From Desulfobacterales bacterium (GTDB lineage Bacteria > Desulfobacterota > Desulfobacteria > Desulfobacterales > UBA5852): a DNA stretch of 64,000 bases. Position 1 is the stretch's first letter. Each line of letters starts with the position of its first letter. Shown in pieces: positions 1-9,099 of this stretch. The position numbers and the translations under genes were made by a program. The stretch lies in the NCBI GenBank assembly GCA_963674755.2, contig CAXXVS010000003.1, positions 2,464,001 through 2,528,000 of the forward strand, read 5' to 3'. The notes under the pieces are model-generated. The model was not told the DNA's origin. It saw nothing but the letters and a program-made list of their open reading frames with translations, and searched no databases.

Positions 1-708
1 GCCGTGCAGGCCCAGCCGCTGGGTGTGGAAGGCCAGGGTCTCGATGTGCCGGGACCAGGGATCGTCGCTTTCGTCGCAGTGCATGTCCACCATCAGCCCC
101 CGTTCGGCGGCCAGCTCACACAGCCGGCGGATGGATTCGGCCCCCTGGTCCATGGTGCGCTCGAAGTGGGGAATCCCGCCCACCACGTCCACGCCCCTAT
201 CCAGGGCGCGGGTTAAATTCGCCAGGGCGCCGGGGCTGCGCAGCGCCCCGTCCTGGGGAAAGGCCACCAGCTGCAGATCGATGTAGGTCTTGAACTGCTC
301 GCGCACCGCCAGGAGCGCCTCCACGGCCAGCAGGCGGGGGTCGCAGACGTCCACGTGGCTGCGGATGGCGAGCGTGCCCCGGGCGATGGCCCAGTGGCAC
401 AGCTTTTCGGCGCGTTCCCGGATGGCGTCAACCGTGAGGCTGGGTTTGAGCTCGCCCCACAATGCGATCCCTTCCAGAAGAGTGCCGCTCTGGTTGACCC
501 GCGGCAGGCCGTAGCTCAGGGTAGCGTCCATATGAAAGTGGCTGTCCACAAAAGGCGGGCTGACCAGGTAGCCGGCGGCGTCGACGACCTCTGCCGCCTG
601 TCCGTCAATAGCAACGTCCACGGCCGCGATGCGCCCGTCCTTCACGGCGATGGTCATTCCCTTGCGCCCGTCGGGCAGGCTGGCGTTTTTCACCATCAGA
701 TCGAACAT
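1..708 (-). CDS. Cytosine deaminase-like amidohydrolase (partial; runs off the window start)
   Basis: Hand translation from ATG at 708 gives MFDLMVKNASLPDGRKG...LVSPPFVDSHFHMDATLSYGLPRVNQSGTLLEGI, with the amidohydrolase D-x-H-x-H motif. The start overlaps the upstream permease stop (TGATG). Absent from the ORF track because no stop codon lies in the window. Confidence 0.85.
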   Translation of the reverse strand, partial: MFDLMVKNASLPDGRKGMTIAVKDGRIAAVDVAIDGQAAEVVDAAGYLVSPPFVDSHFHMDATLSYGLPRVNQSGTLLEGIALWGELKPSLTVDAIRERAEKLCHWAIARGTLAIRSHVDVCDPRLLAVEALLAVREQFKTYIDLQLVAFPQDGALRSPGALANLTRALDRGVDVVGGIPHFERTMDQGAESIRRLCELAAERGLMVDMHCDESDDPWSRHIETLAFHTQRLGLHG

Positions 709-1649
709 CAGCGTTGCTCCTTTCTAAAGGGGACCAGCAGGGCCGCCGGCGCCTTGGCGTTGCGCGATACCAGGGCCATGCCCACGATGGTCAGCACGAA
801 GGGCATCATGAGGAACACTTCGTAGGGCAAATTGAAGGCGCTGGCCTGCAGCCGCAGCTGCAAGGCGTCGATGAAGGCGAAGAGCAGGGCGCCGGCCGCG
901 CTCTTCCAGGGGTTCCACTGGCCGAAGACCACCAGGGCGATGCACACCCAGCCGCGCCCCGAAATCACCCCGAAGGTGTAGGCGTTGTATTGGGCCATGG
1001 AGAGAAAGGCGCCGGCCAGCCCCATGAGGGCGCCGGAAAGCAGCAAGGCCTGGTAGCGCACCTTGATCACGCTCACCCCGGCGGTGAAGGCGGCGTGGGG
1101 ATTTTCGCCCACCGTGCGCAGGTTCAGCCCCCAGGGCGTGGCGCGCAGCACCCAGGCCGCAATCGGTATCAGCATGAAAGCCAGGTAGACCAGGGCGAAG
1201 TGATCGAAGAGGATCGGCCCCAGGACCGGAATGGATGCCAGGCCCGGGAGGGGCAGGGGCTTAAAGGCGGTAATCTTGGGAATCGTTGAGGGCTGGCCGA
1301 AGATCAGGCGGTAGAAGTAAAAGGAGAGCCCAGAGCAGAGCAGGGTCACGCCGATGCCCGATACATGCTGGCTGAGCCCCAGGCTGACGGTGAGCAGGCC
1401 CATGAGCAGGCCGGCCAGCATCCCGGTGGCCATGGCCGCGGCCACGCCCAGCCATAGGCTGCCTGAAAAGTAGGCCGCGGAGAAGCCGGTCATGGCAGAC
1501 AGCATCATGATGCCTTCGATGCCCAGATTGAGAATGCCGGCGCGCTCGGCGAAGAGCTCGCCGATGGTCGCGAAGATCAGCGGCGTGGCGATGCGGATCA
1601 AGGCCGCGAAGAACCCCACCTGAAAAAGCTGCGCGAGAAGGTCATGCAT
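708..1649 (-). CDS. ABC transporter permease (nucleoside/BMP type)
   Basis: Hydrophobic protein with ERAGILNLGIEG and GENPHAA motifs; in an operon with an ATPase and a BMP protein. Confidence 0.92.
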   Translation of the reverse strand: MHDLLAQLFQVGFFAALIRIATPLIFATIGELFAERAGILNLGIEGIMMLSAMTGFSAAYFSGSLWLGVAAAMATGMLAGLLMGLLTVSLGLSQHVSGIGVTLLCSGLSFYFYRLIFGQPSTIPKITAFKPLPLPGLASIPVLGPILFDHFALVYLAFMLIPIAAWVLRATPWGLNLRTVGENPHAAFTAGVSVIKVRYQALLLSGALMGLAGAFLSMAQYNAYTFGVISGRGWVCIALVVFGQWNPWKSAAGALLFAFIDALQLRLQASAFNLPYEVFLMMPFVLTIVGMALVSRNAKAPAALLVPFRKEQR

Positions 1650-2706
1650 GGGAGAAGCGCCTTATGCGGATGCGGTAGCGGGTGAAGAGCAGGGCCACCA
1701 GCATGGCCACCAGGGCCGTGCCCTGGATCACGTCGGCCAGGAAGACCGGAACGCCCGTGGCCCGTGACATGGCCTCGGCCCCGGTGATGATGACGGCGAA
1801 AAACAGGGCCGCCGGGATCACGCCCAGCGGATTGAGGCGGGCCAGCATGGCGATGACGATGCCGGTGTAGCCGTAGCCCGGCGAGAGCCCGGCCATGACC
1901 TGGAAGTGCAGCCCGCCGACCTCCCCCACCCCGGCCAGCCCGGCCAAGGCGCCGGAGACGGCCGCCGTGATGAGGATGACCCGGTCGATACTGAAGCCGG
2001 CGTAGCGCGCCGCCACGGGGTTTTCGCCCACGGCCTGGATGCTGAACCCCATGGTGGTGCGGCGCATGAGTAGCCAGGTGCCGGCCGTGGCGATAAAGGC
2101 CAGCAGCACCCCCAGGTGCAGCCGGGTGGCGTGCAGCAGGATGGGGAATTCGGCCTCCATGCGGATGTCCGGCGAGTCGGGGTAGCCGCTCAGGGGATCT
2201 TTCCAGGGGCCGTCCAGAAGGGCCATCATGCCGTAGAAGATGATGAAGTTGAGCAGCAGCGAGGTGACCACATCGTCCACCTTGAGGCGGGTCTTGAGCA
2301 CGGCCGGGATTATGGCCCACAGGGCGCCGGCGGCGGCCCCGGCCAGGATCATGCCCGGGACCAGGGACCAGGCCGGCAGGGCTTCCAAGGCCCCCACGAA
2401 GGCGGCCGCCATGGCCCCGGCCAAAAGTTGCCCTTCGGCGCCGATGTTCCAGAAGCGTGCCCGGAAGGCCACGGCCACGGCCAGTCCGGTGAAGATCAGG
2501 GGGGTGGCTTTGACAAAGGTTTCCACCAGGTTGAAGCGGCTGGAAAGCGCGCTCAGGAAAAGCTTCTCGTAGGCGGTGAAGACGTTGGCTCCGGCCAGCA
2601 GGATCAGCCCGCTGCACAGTACCAGGGTGGCCGCCACGGCCAGCAGGGGCAGGCCCAGATTGAGCCACCAAGGCGTACGGTCACGGCTTTCCAGGGTCAG
2701 TCGCAT
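1642..2706 (-). CDS. ABC transporter permease (nucleoside/BMP type)
   Basis: FWNIGAEGQ and GYGYTGIVIAMLARLNPLG motifs; multiple TM segments. Confidence 0.92.
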   Translation of the reverse strand: MRLTLESRDRTPWWLNLGLPLLAVAATLVLCSGLILLAGANVFTAYEKLFLSALSSRFNLVETFVKATPLIFTGLAVAVAFRARFWNIGAEGQLLAGAMAAAFVGALEALPAWSLVPGMILAGAAAGALWAIIPAVLKTRLKVDDVVTSLLLNFIIFYGMMALLDGPWKDPLSGYPDSPDIRMEAEFPILLHATRLHLGVLLAFIATAGTWLLMRRTTMGFSIQAVGENPVAARYAGFSIDRVILITAAVSGALAGLAGVGEVGGLHFQVMAGLSPGYGYTGIVIAMLARLNPLGVIPAALFFAVIITGAEAMSRATGVPVFLADVIQGTALVAMLVALLFTRYRIRIRRFSHA

Positions 2707-4223
2707 CAGGCCGCCTCCCGTACGCCGGCCATCAGCAGACCTACCTGCTCGACGCTGGCGTCATCGACGGGAAGAATATCCATGATCCGCCCCTCGAACA
2801 TCACGGCGATGCGGTCGCTGAGCAGAAAGATTTCCTCCAGGTCTTCGCTGATTACCAGTACCCCGCTGCCCTTTTCCCGCAGGTTGAAAAACTGTTCATG
2901 CACGAAGCCGGCCGCCGATACGTCCAGGCCGCGGGTGGGTTGGGCCGCCAGCAGGACGCGCGGATGCCAGGCCAGCTCCCGGGCCAGAAGGGCCTTTTGC
3001 AGGTTGCCCCCCGAGAGGGTGCCGGCCCGCACGCCGCTGCCGTCCGCCTGGATGCCGAACTGGGCGATGCGCTTCCGGGCAAATTGCCGGATGGCGCCCG
3101 GTTTGAGAAAACCGAAACGGCTGAAGCGTCGTTCCCGCACCCTGGGCAGGACGATGTTGGCGGCCAGCGGCAGGGTGGTGATCAGCCCGGTGCCCATGCG
3201 GTCCTCGGGAATCCGGCCGACCCCCAGGGCCTGCATGGCCCGCGGGGAGGGGGCTGCCACGCGCACGCCGTCCACCATCATCCGGCCGGCGGAAGGCTGC
3301 CGCACGCCGGCCACGACCTCGGCCAGTTCGCGCTGGCCGTTGCCCGAAACGCCGGCCACGCCGAGGATCTCGCCGGCATGCACCGTGAGGGAAATCCCCT
3401 TCAAGCCCTGGCGGGTGCCGTTGGCAGTCTTAATACCCTCCAGGGACAGCAGGGCCGCACCCGGGGCGACGGGCTGCTTCGTGGGCGGGGTGACCGTGCG
3501 GCCGCACATCAGTTCGGCCAGCTGGCGGCGGCTGGTATGCTCGTCGTTGGCCACCGCGGCCACCACCTTGCCCTGGCGCAGGATCACGACCCGGGTGGTG
3601 ATGGCGCGCACCTCGTTGAGCTTGTGGCTGATGAAGATCACCCCCATGCCGTTTTGGGCCATGGCCGCCAGGGCCTGGAACAGCCCTTGGGCCTCCTGGG
3701 GGGTCAGGGCCGCCGTGGGTTCATCCAGGATCAGGATGCGCGCCCCGCGCACCAGGGCCTTGATGATCTCCAGGCGCTGCTGCTCGCCCACGGTGAGCTC
3801 CCCGGCCGCTGCCTGCGGGTCGAGGCTGAGTCCATACAAGGCACGGATCTCTTCCATGCGCTCCAGGACCCGGCCGCGGTCGAGGCGTCCCCGCTTGCCG
3901 CGCTGGCCCACCATGAGGTTCTCCAGTACGGAGTGCACGGGCACCAGGTGATAGTGCTGATGCACCATGCCCACCCCCAGGGCCAGAGCGTCGGCCGAAC
4001 TGCGGATGGCCGCCGGTTTCCCGTCGATACGGATGGTCCCGCCATCGGCGTCGTAGCCCCCGAAGAGGATGTTCATCAGGGTGGTCTTGCCGGCGCCGTT
4101 TTCCCCCAGCAGGCCGACGATCTCGCCGGCTGCCAGGGTCAGGTCGATGCCGTCGTTGGCCGTGACCCGCCCGAAGCGTTTGGTGATGCCGCGCATTTCC
4201 AGCAGCGGCGGTTGGCTGGTCAT
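2706..4223 (-). CDS. ABC transporter ATP-binding protein (tandem ABC domains)
   Basis: Walker A GENGAGKT, ILILDEPT, second-domain signature LSGGNLQK. Confidence 0.95.
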   Translation of the reverse strand: MTSQPPLLEMRGITKRFGRVTANDGIDLTLAAGEIVGLLGENGAGKTTLMNILFGGYDADGGTIRIDGKPAAIRSSADALALGVGMVHQHYHLVPVHSVLENLMVGQRGKRGRLDRGRVLERMEEIRALYGLSLDPQAAAGELTVGEQQRLEIIKALVRGARILILDEPTAALTPQEAQGLFQALAAMAQNGMGVIFISHKLNEVRAITTRVVILRQGKVVAAVANDEHTSRRQLAELMCGRTVTPPTKQPVAPGAALLSLEGIKTANGTRQGLKGISLTVHAGEILGVAGVSGNGQRELAEVVAGVRQPSAGRMMVDGVRVAAPSPRAMQALGVGRIPEDRMGTGLITTLPLAANIVLPRVRERRFSRFGFLKPGAIRQFARKRIAQFGIQADGSGVRAGTLSGGNLQKALLARELAWHPRVLLAAQPTRGLDVSAAGFVHEQFFNLREKGSGVLVISEDLEEIFLLSDRIAVMFEGRIMDILPVDDASVEQVGLLMAGVREAA

Positions 4224-4236
4224 AAGTTTCCCTGCT

Positions 4237-4382
4237 TAGAACCCTTCTCAAAAAAGTATTTTCGCCCGATATCGGCGTTGAAGCTTCGTTTCAAATCCTC
4301 GACATACTGGAGTATGCCTGCGGATTGATCCTCAGCTTCGCCTTGATCTCGAACGAAAACCCTAATTTTGAGATGGGTTCTA
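4237..4382. mobile_element. MITE-like element, family A, copy 1
   Basis: Terminal inverted repeats TAGAACCCTTCTCAAAA / TTTTGAGATGGGTTCTA. The core (CGGCGTTG...TCCTCGACATAC..GTATGCCTGCGG...CGCCTTG) is the reverse complement of the cores at 4914-5420. Confidence 0.75.
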
Positions 4383-4409
4383 TTTGTCATTGTTAATCTA
4401 AATCCTTCA

Positions 4410-4878
4410 CCTCTGGTGGAGGACCCGGAGGGGTTCCAGCGATCCATTGTTATCTGTTTGGAAAACGTTCATTTTCTTGTTCGCGCAAGAAAACGAACCA
4501 AAAGAACGCGCCCGTGTCCCGCGGCCCCTTCGGGGATACCCTGCGCGTCGTCCAACCAGTCGATGAAGCGGCGCCTCGTGCCGCCATGCGGCGTTGTCAA
4601 GCTTGCTCGGGTGCTCACAATCTGGCGATTGCTGCGCGCCTCGCTTCGCCTGATGCCTTGCCTAACAGCACGATGCTTGCTGCATTGACCGATTGCAGCG
4701 GTCGGACGCGCCGAAACTCGTCCCGCTTTCAGCGGAACTCAGACAGTCGCCGCGTCTTTTTCGCCCACCGACGGGATGCTCGGCGCGGGACAAAGGGAAA
4801 TTCAAACCCTAAAATCCAAAAACCGTTTTATAGCCCCCTACAAGGGGGCTTCCCGAGGTCTCCCGTTAGGCGGGAGGA
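4410..4878 (+). repeat. Long structured dispersed repeat, family B, copy 1
   Basis: Shares blocks CCTCTGGTGG, TTCATTTTCTT..AAGAAAACG, CGCCCGTGTCCCGC, ACCCTGCGCGTCGTC and GATGCTCGGCGCGG.ACAAAGGGAAA with 37591-37920 and 59950-60260. Confidence 0.8.
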
Positions 4879-4913
4879 TCAGCACTGCCCATTCAGAAAG
4901 GATTGAGACTTAC

Positions 4914-5420
4914 CAGAAGCTGATCGCAAAAACAGGATTTTTCCCCAAGTTCAAGGCGGGAACGTCTTTCAACCCGTAGGCGCCCCGAAGGAAGTGCCCT
5001 TGGGGTACATACTCCAGTATGTCGAGGATTTGAAAGACGTTTCCAACGCCGAAATTGGGGAAAAAGACGTTTTCAAGCAAAGCGTGTCCATTCAGAAATA
5101 GTAGATTTCGGTTCCCGGCAAGGCCCGAGCGAGGCTGACACCGCAGGCATAGTCACGCCATGGCGTGATCGAGGATGGCAGCCGAGCGAGAACGCCGACT
5201 TGTCCGCCAAAGGTGGATTTCCCCACCGGCGGCGGGCCGGGGGCCGAAAGATGCCGTTTCCGGTACATTTCCAAGAAGCTGATCTTAAAAACAAGATTTG
5301 GTTCCAAGTTCAAGGCGGGAGCGTCCTTTAACCCGCAGGCATACTTGAAGTATGTCGAGGAGTTAAAGGACGTTTCCAACGCCGAAATCGGGATCAAAGA
5401 CGTTTTTAAGACAGCTTCTA
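4914..5420 (+). mobile_element. Three tandem MITE-like elements (about 4914-5077, 5081-5270, 5273-5420)
   Basis: Each has the core CAAGGC...CCG(C/T)AGGC..CATA...TCGAGGA...AACGCCG. The last has TIRs AGAAGCTGATCTTAAAAAC / GTTTTTAAGACAGCTTCTA. Confidence 0.75.
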
Positions 5421-6425
5421 TTCGGATTTGGGGATCGATTCGTCAATATCCACCCGGAAAGTCCCGTCCAGGATTTCCTGTTTGCGCTTTTCCACCATCT
5501 CCTTGACCTCGCCCGGCAGCTTGGTCTCGAACTTGTGGTAGGGCGCCAGGTAGGACCCGCCCTTGGACATGTAGGAGAAGCCGCCGAAATCCTGGGCCGT
5601 GTAGACCCCGGCATTGACCAGGCTGACGGCCTGCTTGATCGTGGGCCACATGTCCCACACCGGGCCGGTGATGACCGTATCGGGTCCCAGGCTGGACTGG
5701 TCGGACATGTTGGAGATGGCCAGGACCCCCTTTTCGACCGCCGCCTCGACCACGCCGAAGCGCTCGGCGTAGATCACGTCCACTCCGGCCTCGATCTGGG
5801 CCAGGGCGGCTTCCTTGGCCTTGGGGGGATCGAAGAAGGAGCCGATGAAGGAGAACTTGCACTTCACGTCCTTGTTGACCTCCTTGGCCCCGGCATAGAA
5901 GGCGTTGGCCAGGCGGTTGACTTCGGGAATGGGCATGGCGGCCACCACGCCGATGATGTTGGTCTTGGTCATCTTGCCGGCGATCATGCCCGACAGGTAG
6001 GCCGGTTCGTGAATCCAGTTGTCGAACACGCCGAAGTTGGGCTCGGCCGGTCCGATGCCCGAGCCGAAGACGAAGGCCACGTTGGGATAGTCGCGGGCCA
6101 CCCGGCGGGCGATGCGCTCGGCGCCGAAGGCGTCGCCGGTGATCAGCTGGTAGCCCTTTTCGGCGTACTCACGCATGACGCGGGCGAAATCGGCGGACTT
6201 GACGCTCTCCGAATAGTCGTAGACGATCCCCAGCTCGTCCTTGGCCTTGAGCAGGGCCACGTGGATCTGGTTGACCCAGGGCTCCTCGATGGGGGTCTCG
6301 AAGACCGCCGCCACCTTCAGCGGCTCGGCCGCCACGGCCGCGGGCATAACACCGACCACCATGGCCACCGCCAGAAACAGCACCGACATACCGAACCCCA
6401 TTACCACCCCGTTGCATCGCTTCAT
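5418..6425 (-). CDS. BMP-family periplasmic substrate-binding protein
   Basis: Signal peptide followed by BMP-like motifs (EPAYLSGMIAGKMTKTN, IGSFFDPPKAKEAA); first gene of the ABC operon. Confidence 0.92.
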   Translation of the reverse strand: MKRCNGVVMGFGMSVLFLAVAMVVGVMPAAVAAEPLKVAAVFETPIEEPWVNQIHVALLKAKDELGIVYDYSESVKSADFARVMREYAEKGYQLITGDAFGAERIARRVARDYPNVAFVFGSGIGPAEPNFGVFDNWIHEPAYLSGMIAGKMTKTNIIGVVAAMPIPEVNRLANAFYAGAKEVNKDVKCKFSFIGSFFDPPKAKEAALAQIEAGVDVIYAERFGVVEAAVEKGVLAISNMSDQSSLGPDTVITGPVWDMWPTIKQAVSLVNAGVYTAQDFGGFSYMSKGGSYLAPYHKFETKLPGEVKEMVEKRKQEILDGTFRVDIDESIPKSE

Positions 6426-6511
6426 TCCATTTCCTTTCCTGTGTTCTGTTTATAGAAGGACACTGATCCAGCGGTCGCGTCGCGCGGACCGACGAAAACC
6501 TTTGAGCCTAC

Positions 6512-6527
6512 TGCAATCGTGGTGCCA
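6512..6527 (-). promoter_or_regulatory. Sigma-54 (-24/-12) promoter of the BMP/ABC/deaminase operon
   Basis: Minus strand reads TGGCAC-CACGA-TTGCA, a consensus match, about 90 bp upstream of the BMP start. Confidence 0.75.
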
Positions 6528-6822
6528 TCATCTCGCAGAGGCTGCGAACAATTGTAAAGTGCCGGCTATCAAGGCGATTTTGAAAAATCCCGGGCGGCGA
6601 CGGTCATGAAAGCCCACAAATGCCGGGACGGATCTTTCGGTTTTGTCGGTCTATACAACAATTTTGTCCAAAATAGGAGCGAAAGAAGGGTGGTGCAGAT
6701 GGCGATGATTGCAGGGACCGGGGCTTCCTATGGCAAATAAACGTTGCCGGCCTGGTGCCGCAGAATCGGTGACGGCTGAAAACAAGGCCTGATGATTATG
6801 CTGGATCCATCAGGCGAACGTC

Positions 6823-6965
6823 GGCGTGACATTTTACAACCAGGCCGATTTATGGTAGCCAAACTGTATACATCCCTTGCAGTTCAGCCGGCCTGTTATC
6901 CCGCTTATTCGGGTGCGCTTCCTGCGCACTTCTTCGAACCATACACGATGCAGCTTATAGAACAT
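6823..6965 (+). repeat. attI-upstream leader, duplicated at 26695-26837
   Basis: 143 bp ungapped alignment with 6 mismatches by manual comparison. Confidence 0.9.
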
Positions 6966-7022
6966 TATTGTGTTCTATAAATCCGATACAAAATCGTAAT
7001 GTTCTATAATACTATGTTATCT
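6955..7022 (+). other. attI-like integron recombination site, copy 1
   Basis: CTATAAT-ACTAT-GTTATCT has the 7+5+7 L-box/spacer/R-box layout of attI sites. GTTATCTG is complementary to CAGATAAC closing cassette 1. An upstream TATAGAAC..GTTCTATA palindrome is present. Confidence 0.72.
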
Positions 7023-7032
7023 GTAAATTATT

Positions 7033-7335
7033 ATGAGTGAACTCCAAGATATTTTAAATGTGGTATCCCAAGTTTGTTTGGTTGTTTTTTCAATTACCAC
7101 CGTAATAATGCTTTTTTACCTCAAAAAGCATGGGTATTCGCCTGAAGGGGTACATGTAAAACATAAATTTGATTTTAATTTAGATTTGCGGATTTTTGGT
7201 GATTTACGGAAGGGGTATCAAATCTTAAAAGATAATTCGATAATTCCAAGGATTAATTGCATAAGCATGTATCTTGGTATTTTTTGTGTGGTAACATATT
7301 TCATTATCACTGTGTGCAGTGAAGCAATGAGATAA
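7033..7335 (+). CDS. Hypothetical membrane protein (cassette 1)
   Basis: Two hydrophobic segments; fills the attI-attC interval. Confidence 0.75.
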   Translation: MSELQDILNVVSQVCLVVFSITTVIMLFYLKKHGYSPEGVHVKHKFDFNLDLRIFGDLRKGYQILKDNSIIPRINCISMYLGIFCVVTYFIITVCSEAMR

Positions 7336-7346
7336 TTAAACCGTTC

Positions 7347-7414
7347 AGATAACCTGCGGCTGTATTGGATGCGGACCACTTCGCGGCCCACACCAATAAG
7401 CCTAATCGTTAGGC
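7347..7414 (+). other. attC site 1
   Basis: AGATAAC...GTTAGGC with an internal imperfect palindrome. Confidence 0.85.
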
Positions 7415-7426
7415 ATCAGGATAAAT

Positions 7427-8143
7427 ATGTTTGAAGAAGTAGCTCGTCCTGTCCTCTATGAGTCTGAAGATGATAAGTTTACTTACTGGGGCAAAGGGTC
7501 ATCAGTACTCATTGGCACATCTAAACATTTTTATTGGGTAACGGCAGAGCATGTTATTAGAAATTTAGGCGGTGATACAGACTCTCTTAGAATATTTCCG
7601 TCTAATAAATCGAAAATCTCAATTCCATTTAACGAGAAATATCAAATTGTACTAGATCAAAGTGAGGACGAAGAATTTAAGGACATTTTTGCACTACGAA
7701 TAGACTTGGAGCTGTTCAAAGAAAAAGGAGATGCACCTCTATATGTTCAAGATATTGAGAACGGTGCATTTATTGCTGAAAATTTAAATTTAGGGGCATG
7801 TCTTTTAGTGATTGGTTTTCCATCTGAAATTCAATCGATAAACTATGATGAACTCAAAATCAAACACAAAAGGAGTTGGTTACCAGCAAGGTATATAGGG
7901 CAAAGTATAAGCGATCATTGTCATCAACTTCGTTTTTCTGATTCTGTTGAAATCGCAGATTATGATGGATTAAGTGGATCGCCTGTATTCTATAAAAAGG
8001 AGGCGCCTTATGTAAACGGCCAAAAAGCTATCATTCCCTTATTTGCAGGCCTATTGCTAAGAGGTAATGCTACAAACAAAATAGCACATTTTGTGAGCTC
8101 AAATGTTATAAAAAACCTCATACATAAGGCGGAAATTGCCTAA
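7427..8143 (+). CDS. Trypsin-like serine protease family protein (cassette 2)
   Basis: VTAEHV, DIFAL and GLSGSPV match the His/Asp/Ser triad motifs; the stop codon lies in the attC R'' box. Confidence 0.75.
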   Translation: MFEEVARPVLYESEDDKFTYWGKGSSVLIGTSKHFYWVTAEHVIRNLGGDTDSLRIFPSNKSKISIPFNEKYQIVLDQSEDEEFKDIFALRIDLELFKEKGDAPLYVQDIENGAFIAENLNLGACLLVIGFPSEIQSINYDELKIKHKRSWLPARYIGQSISDHCHQLRFSDSVEIADYDGLSGSPVFYKKEAPYVNGQKAIIPLFAGLLLRGNATNKIAHFVSSNVIKNLIHKAEIA

Positions 8144-8204
8144 CATTTTGCTGTACCAGATTCGGGCCAAAAAGCGGCCCTCTCTGGTGAGTAATGCGTT
8201 ATGT
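8138..8204 (+). other. attC site 2
   Basis: GCCTAAC (complement of the cassette start GTTAGGC)...GTTATGT. Confidence 0.88.
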
Positions 8205-8252
8205 TTTTGGGAATCATCATTAAAATTTTATCGAATAGCTAAAGGAATGAAG

Positions 8253-8993
8253 ATGAAAATAAAGGCCGCAATACTCATAATTGGATCACTCCTGTGGGAT
8301 TCTGATCAAGGAAATGACAAAGGTGCGCGGAAAAAATGGAGAAGTGCCAGGCTGAAAATGGAAGATAGGGTACATGTTAAGGCGCCAATCCGCTACGGTA
8401 GGTTTTCAGGAAGCCAGTCTAATCGACATTTCACCATGGTTTTCTCAACAGAATGTGAAGAACAAAATATATTTGGAACAGCATTTGTTGTTCCTTTCAA
8501 ACGGGAAACGATAAGGTCATTCAAGGGGATCGAAAACCAAGCAAGATTTCTTTCAAAAGCTGAAGGAAAATCGGACGAAAAGCTTTGTAAAGGAAATAAT
8601 GATAGCTGGTGCACAATTGGTGCAATTCTGAATCCAAAATTTGATAAAAAGTTGAAATTAAAATTTTTGACCTTCTGGAATGATTTGCTCAAAAAAGACG
8701 GATGGTTAAAAGATATTGATAAATACAAAATCGGTACTGAAAAATCAGTCTTGTCAGAATTCGGCGAAATCAAAATTGATTGGCCTAAAGCGATTGCTGA
8801 GAATGATCAAAAAATAATCGACAATATTGATATTGTTCTTGCAACATGCACCAAGCCAAACATCGATACTTATCCGAGTATAGAAGATCTCCGAAAAGAT
8901 ATAAATGCTGACAGCAGAAAATATTTTTTCAAAAATATTGAAAATGGAATAACTACTTTTCAAGACAGAGAAATATTGCATGCAGAAACATAA
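8253..8993 (+). CDS. Hypothetical protein (cassette 3)
   Basis: ATG after an AAGGA RBS. N-terminal IIGSLLWD weakly recalls gamma-glutamylcyclotransferase-like folds. Stop lies in the attC. Confidence 0.7.
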   Translation: MKIKAAILIIGSLLWDSDQGNDKGARKKWRSARLKMEDRVHVKAPIRYGRFSGSQSNRHFTMVFSTECEEQNIFGTAFVVPFKRETIRSFKGIENQARFLSKAEGKSDEKLCKGNNDSWCTIGAILNPKFDKKLKLKFLTFWNDLLKKDGWLKDIDKYKIGTEKSVLSEFGEIKIDWPKAIAENDQKIIDNIDIVLATCTKPNIDTYPSIEDLRKDINADSRKYFFKNIENGITTFQDREILHAET

Positions 8994-9061
8994 CAAGGCA
9001 AATTAACTCGGATGCAAATTCCGCTGCGCTACATTTGCACCGGTTATTTGCGACGTTATAT
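8988..9061 (+). other. attC site 3
   Basis: ACATAAC...GTTATAT with an internal TGCAAAT..ATTTGCA stem. Confidence 0.88.
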
Positions 9062-9099
9062 GCCATGAAAATGTCCCTTAATTTGATTCACTATTATGT

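Noticed and set aside
2116..4328. Long + strand ORFs (611 aa, 476 aa) and similar ones at 51787-54716
   Set aside because: Antisense shadows of well-supported GC-rich genes on the opposite strand.
4220..5506. Short ORFs across the repeat cluster (also 37345-37978 and 59991-60493)
   Set aside because: They translate repeat/MITE sequence and show no protein motifs.
6730..6835. Remnant of an integron integrase upstream of attI copy 1
   Set aside because: Only a 4-residue RLMD resemblance to IntI N-termini on the minus strand; no open frame or catalytic motifs.
6957..6980. GAAC-Nx-GTTC palindromes as LexA boxes
   Set aside because: Spacing is 7-9 nt and varies between copies, unlike the fixed GAAC-N4-GTTC box; better explained as part of the attI-like region.
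6792..6980. 62 aa ORF and its 72 aa counterpart at 26667-26885
   Set aside because: The shared peptide simply reflects the duplicated attI leader; starts and ends differ and one begins inside a palindrome.
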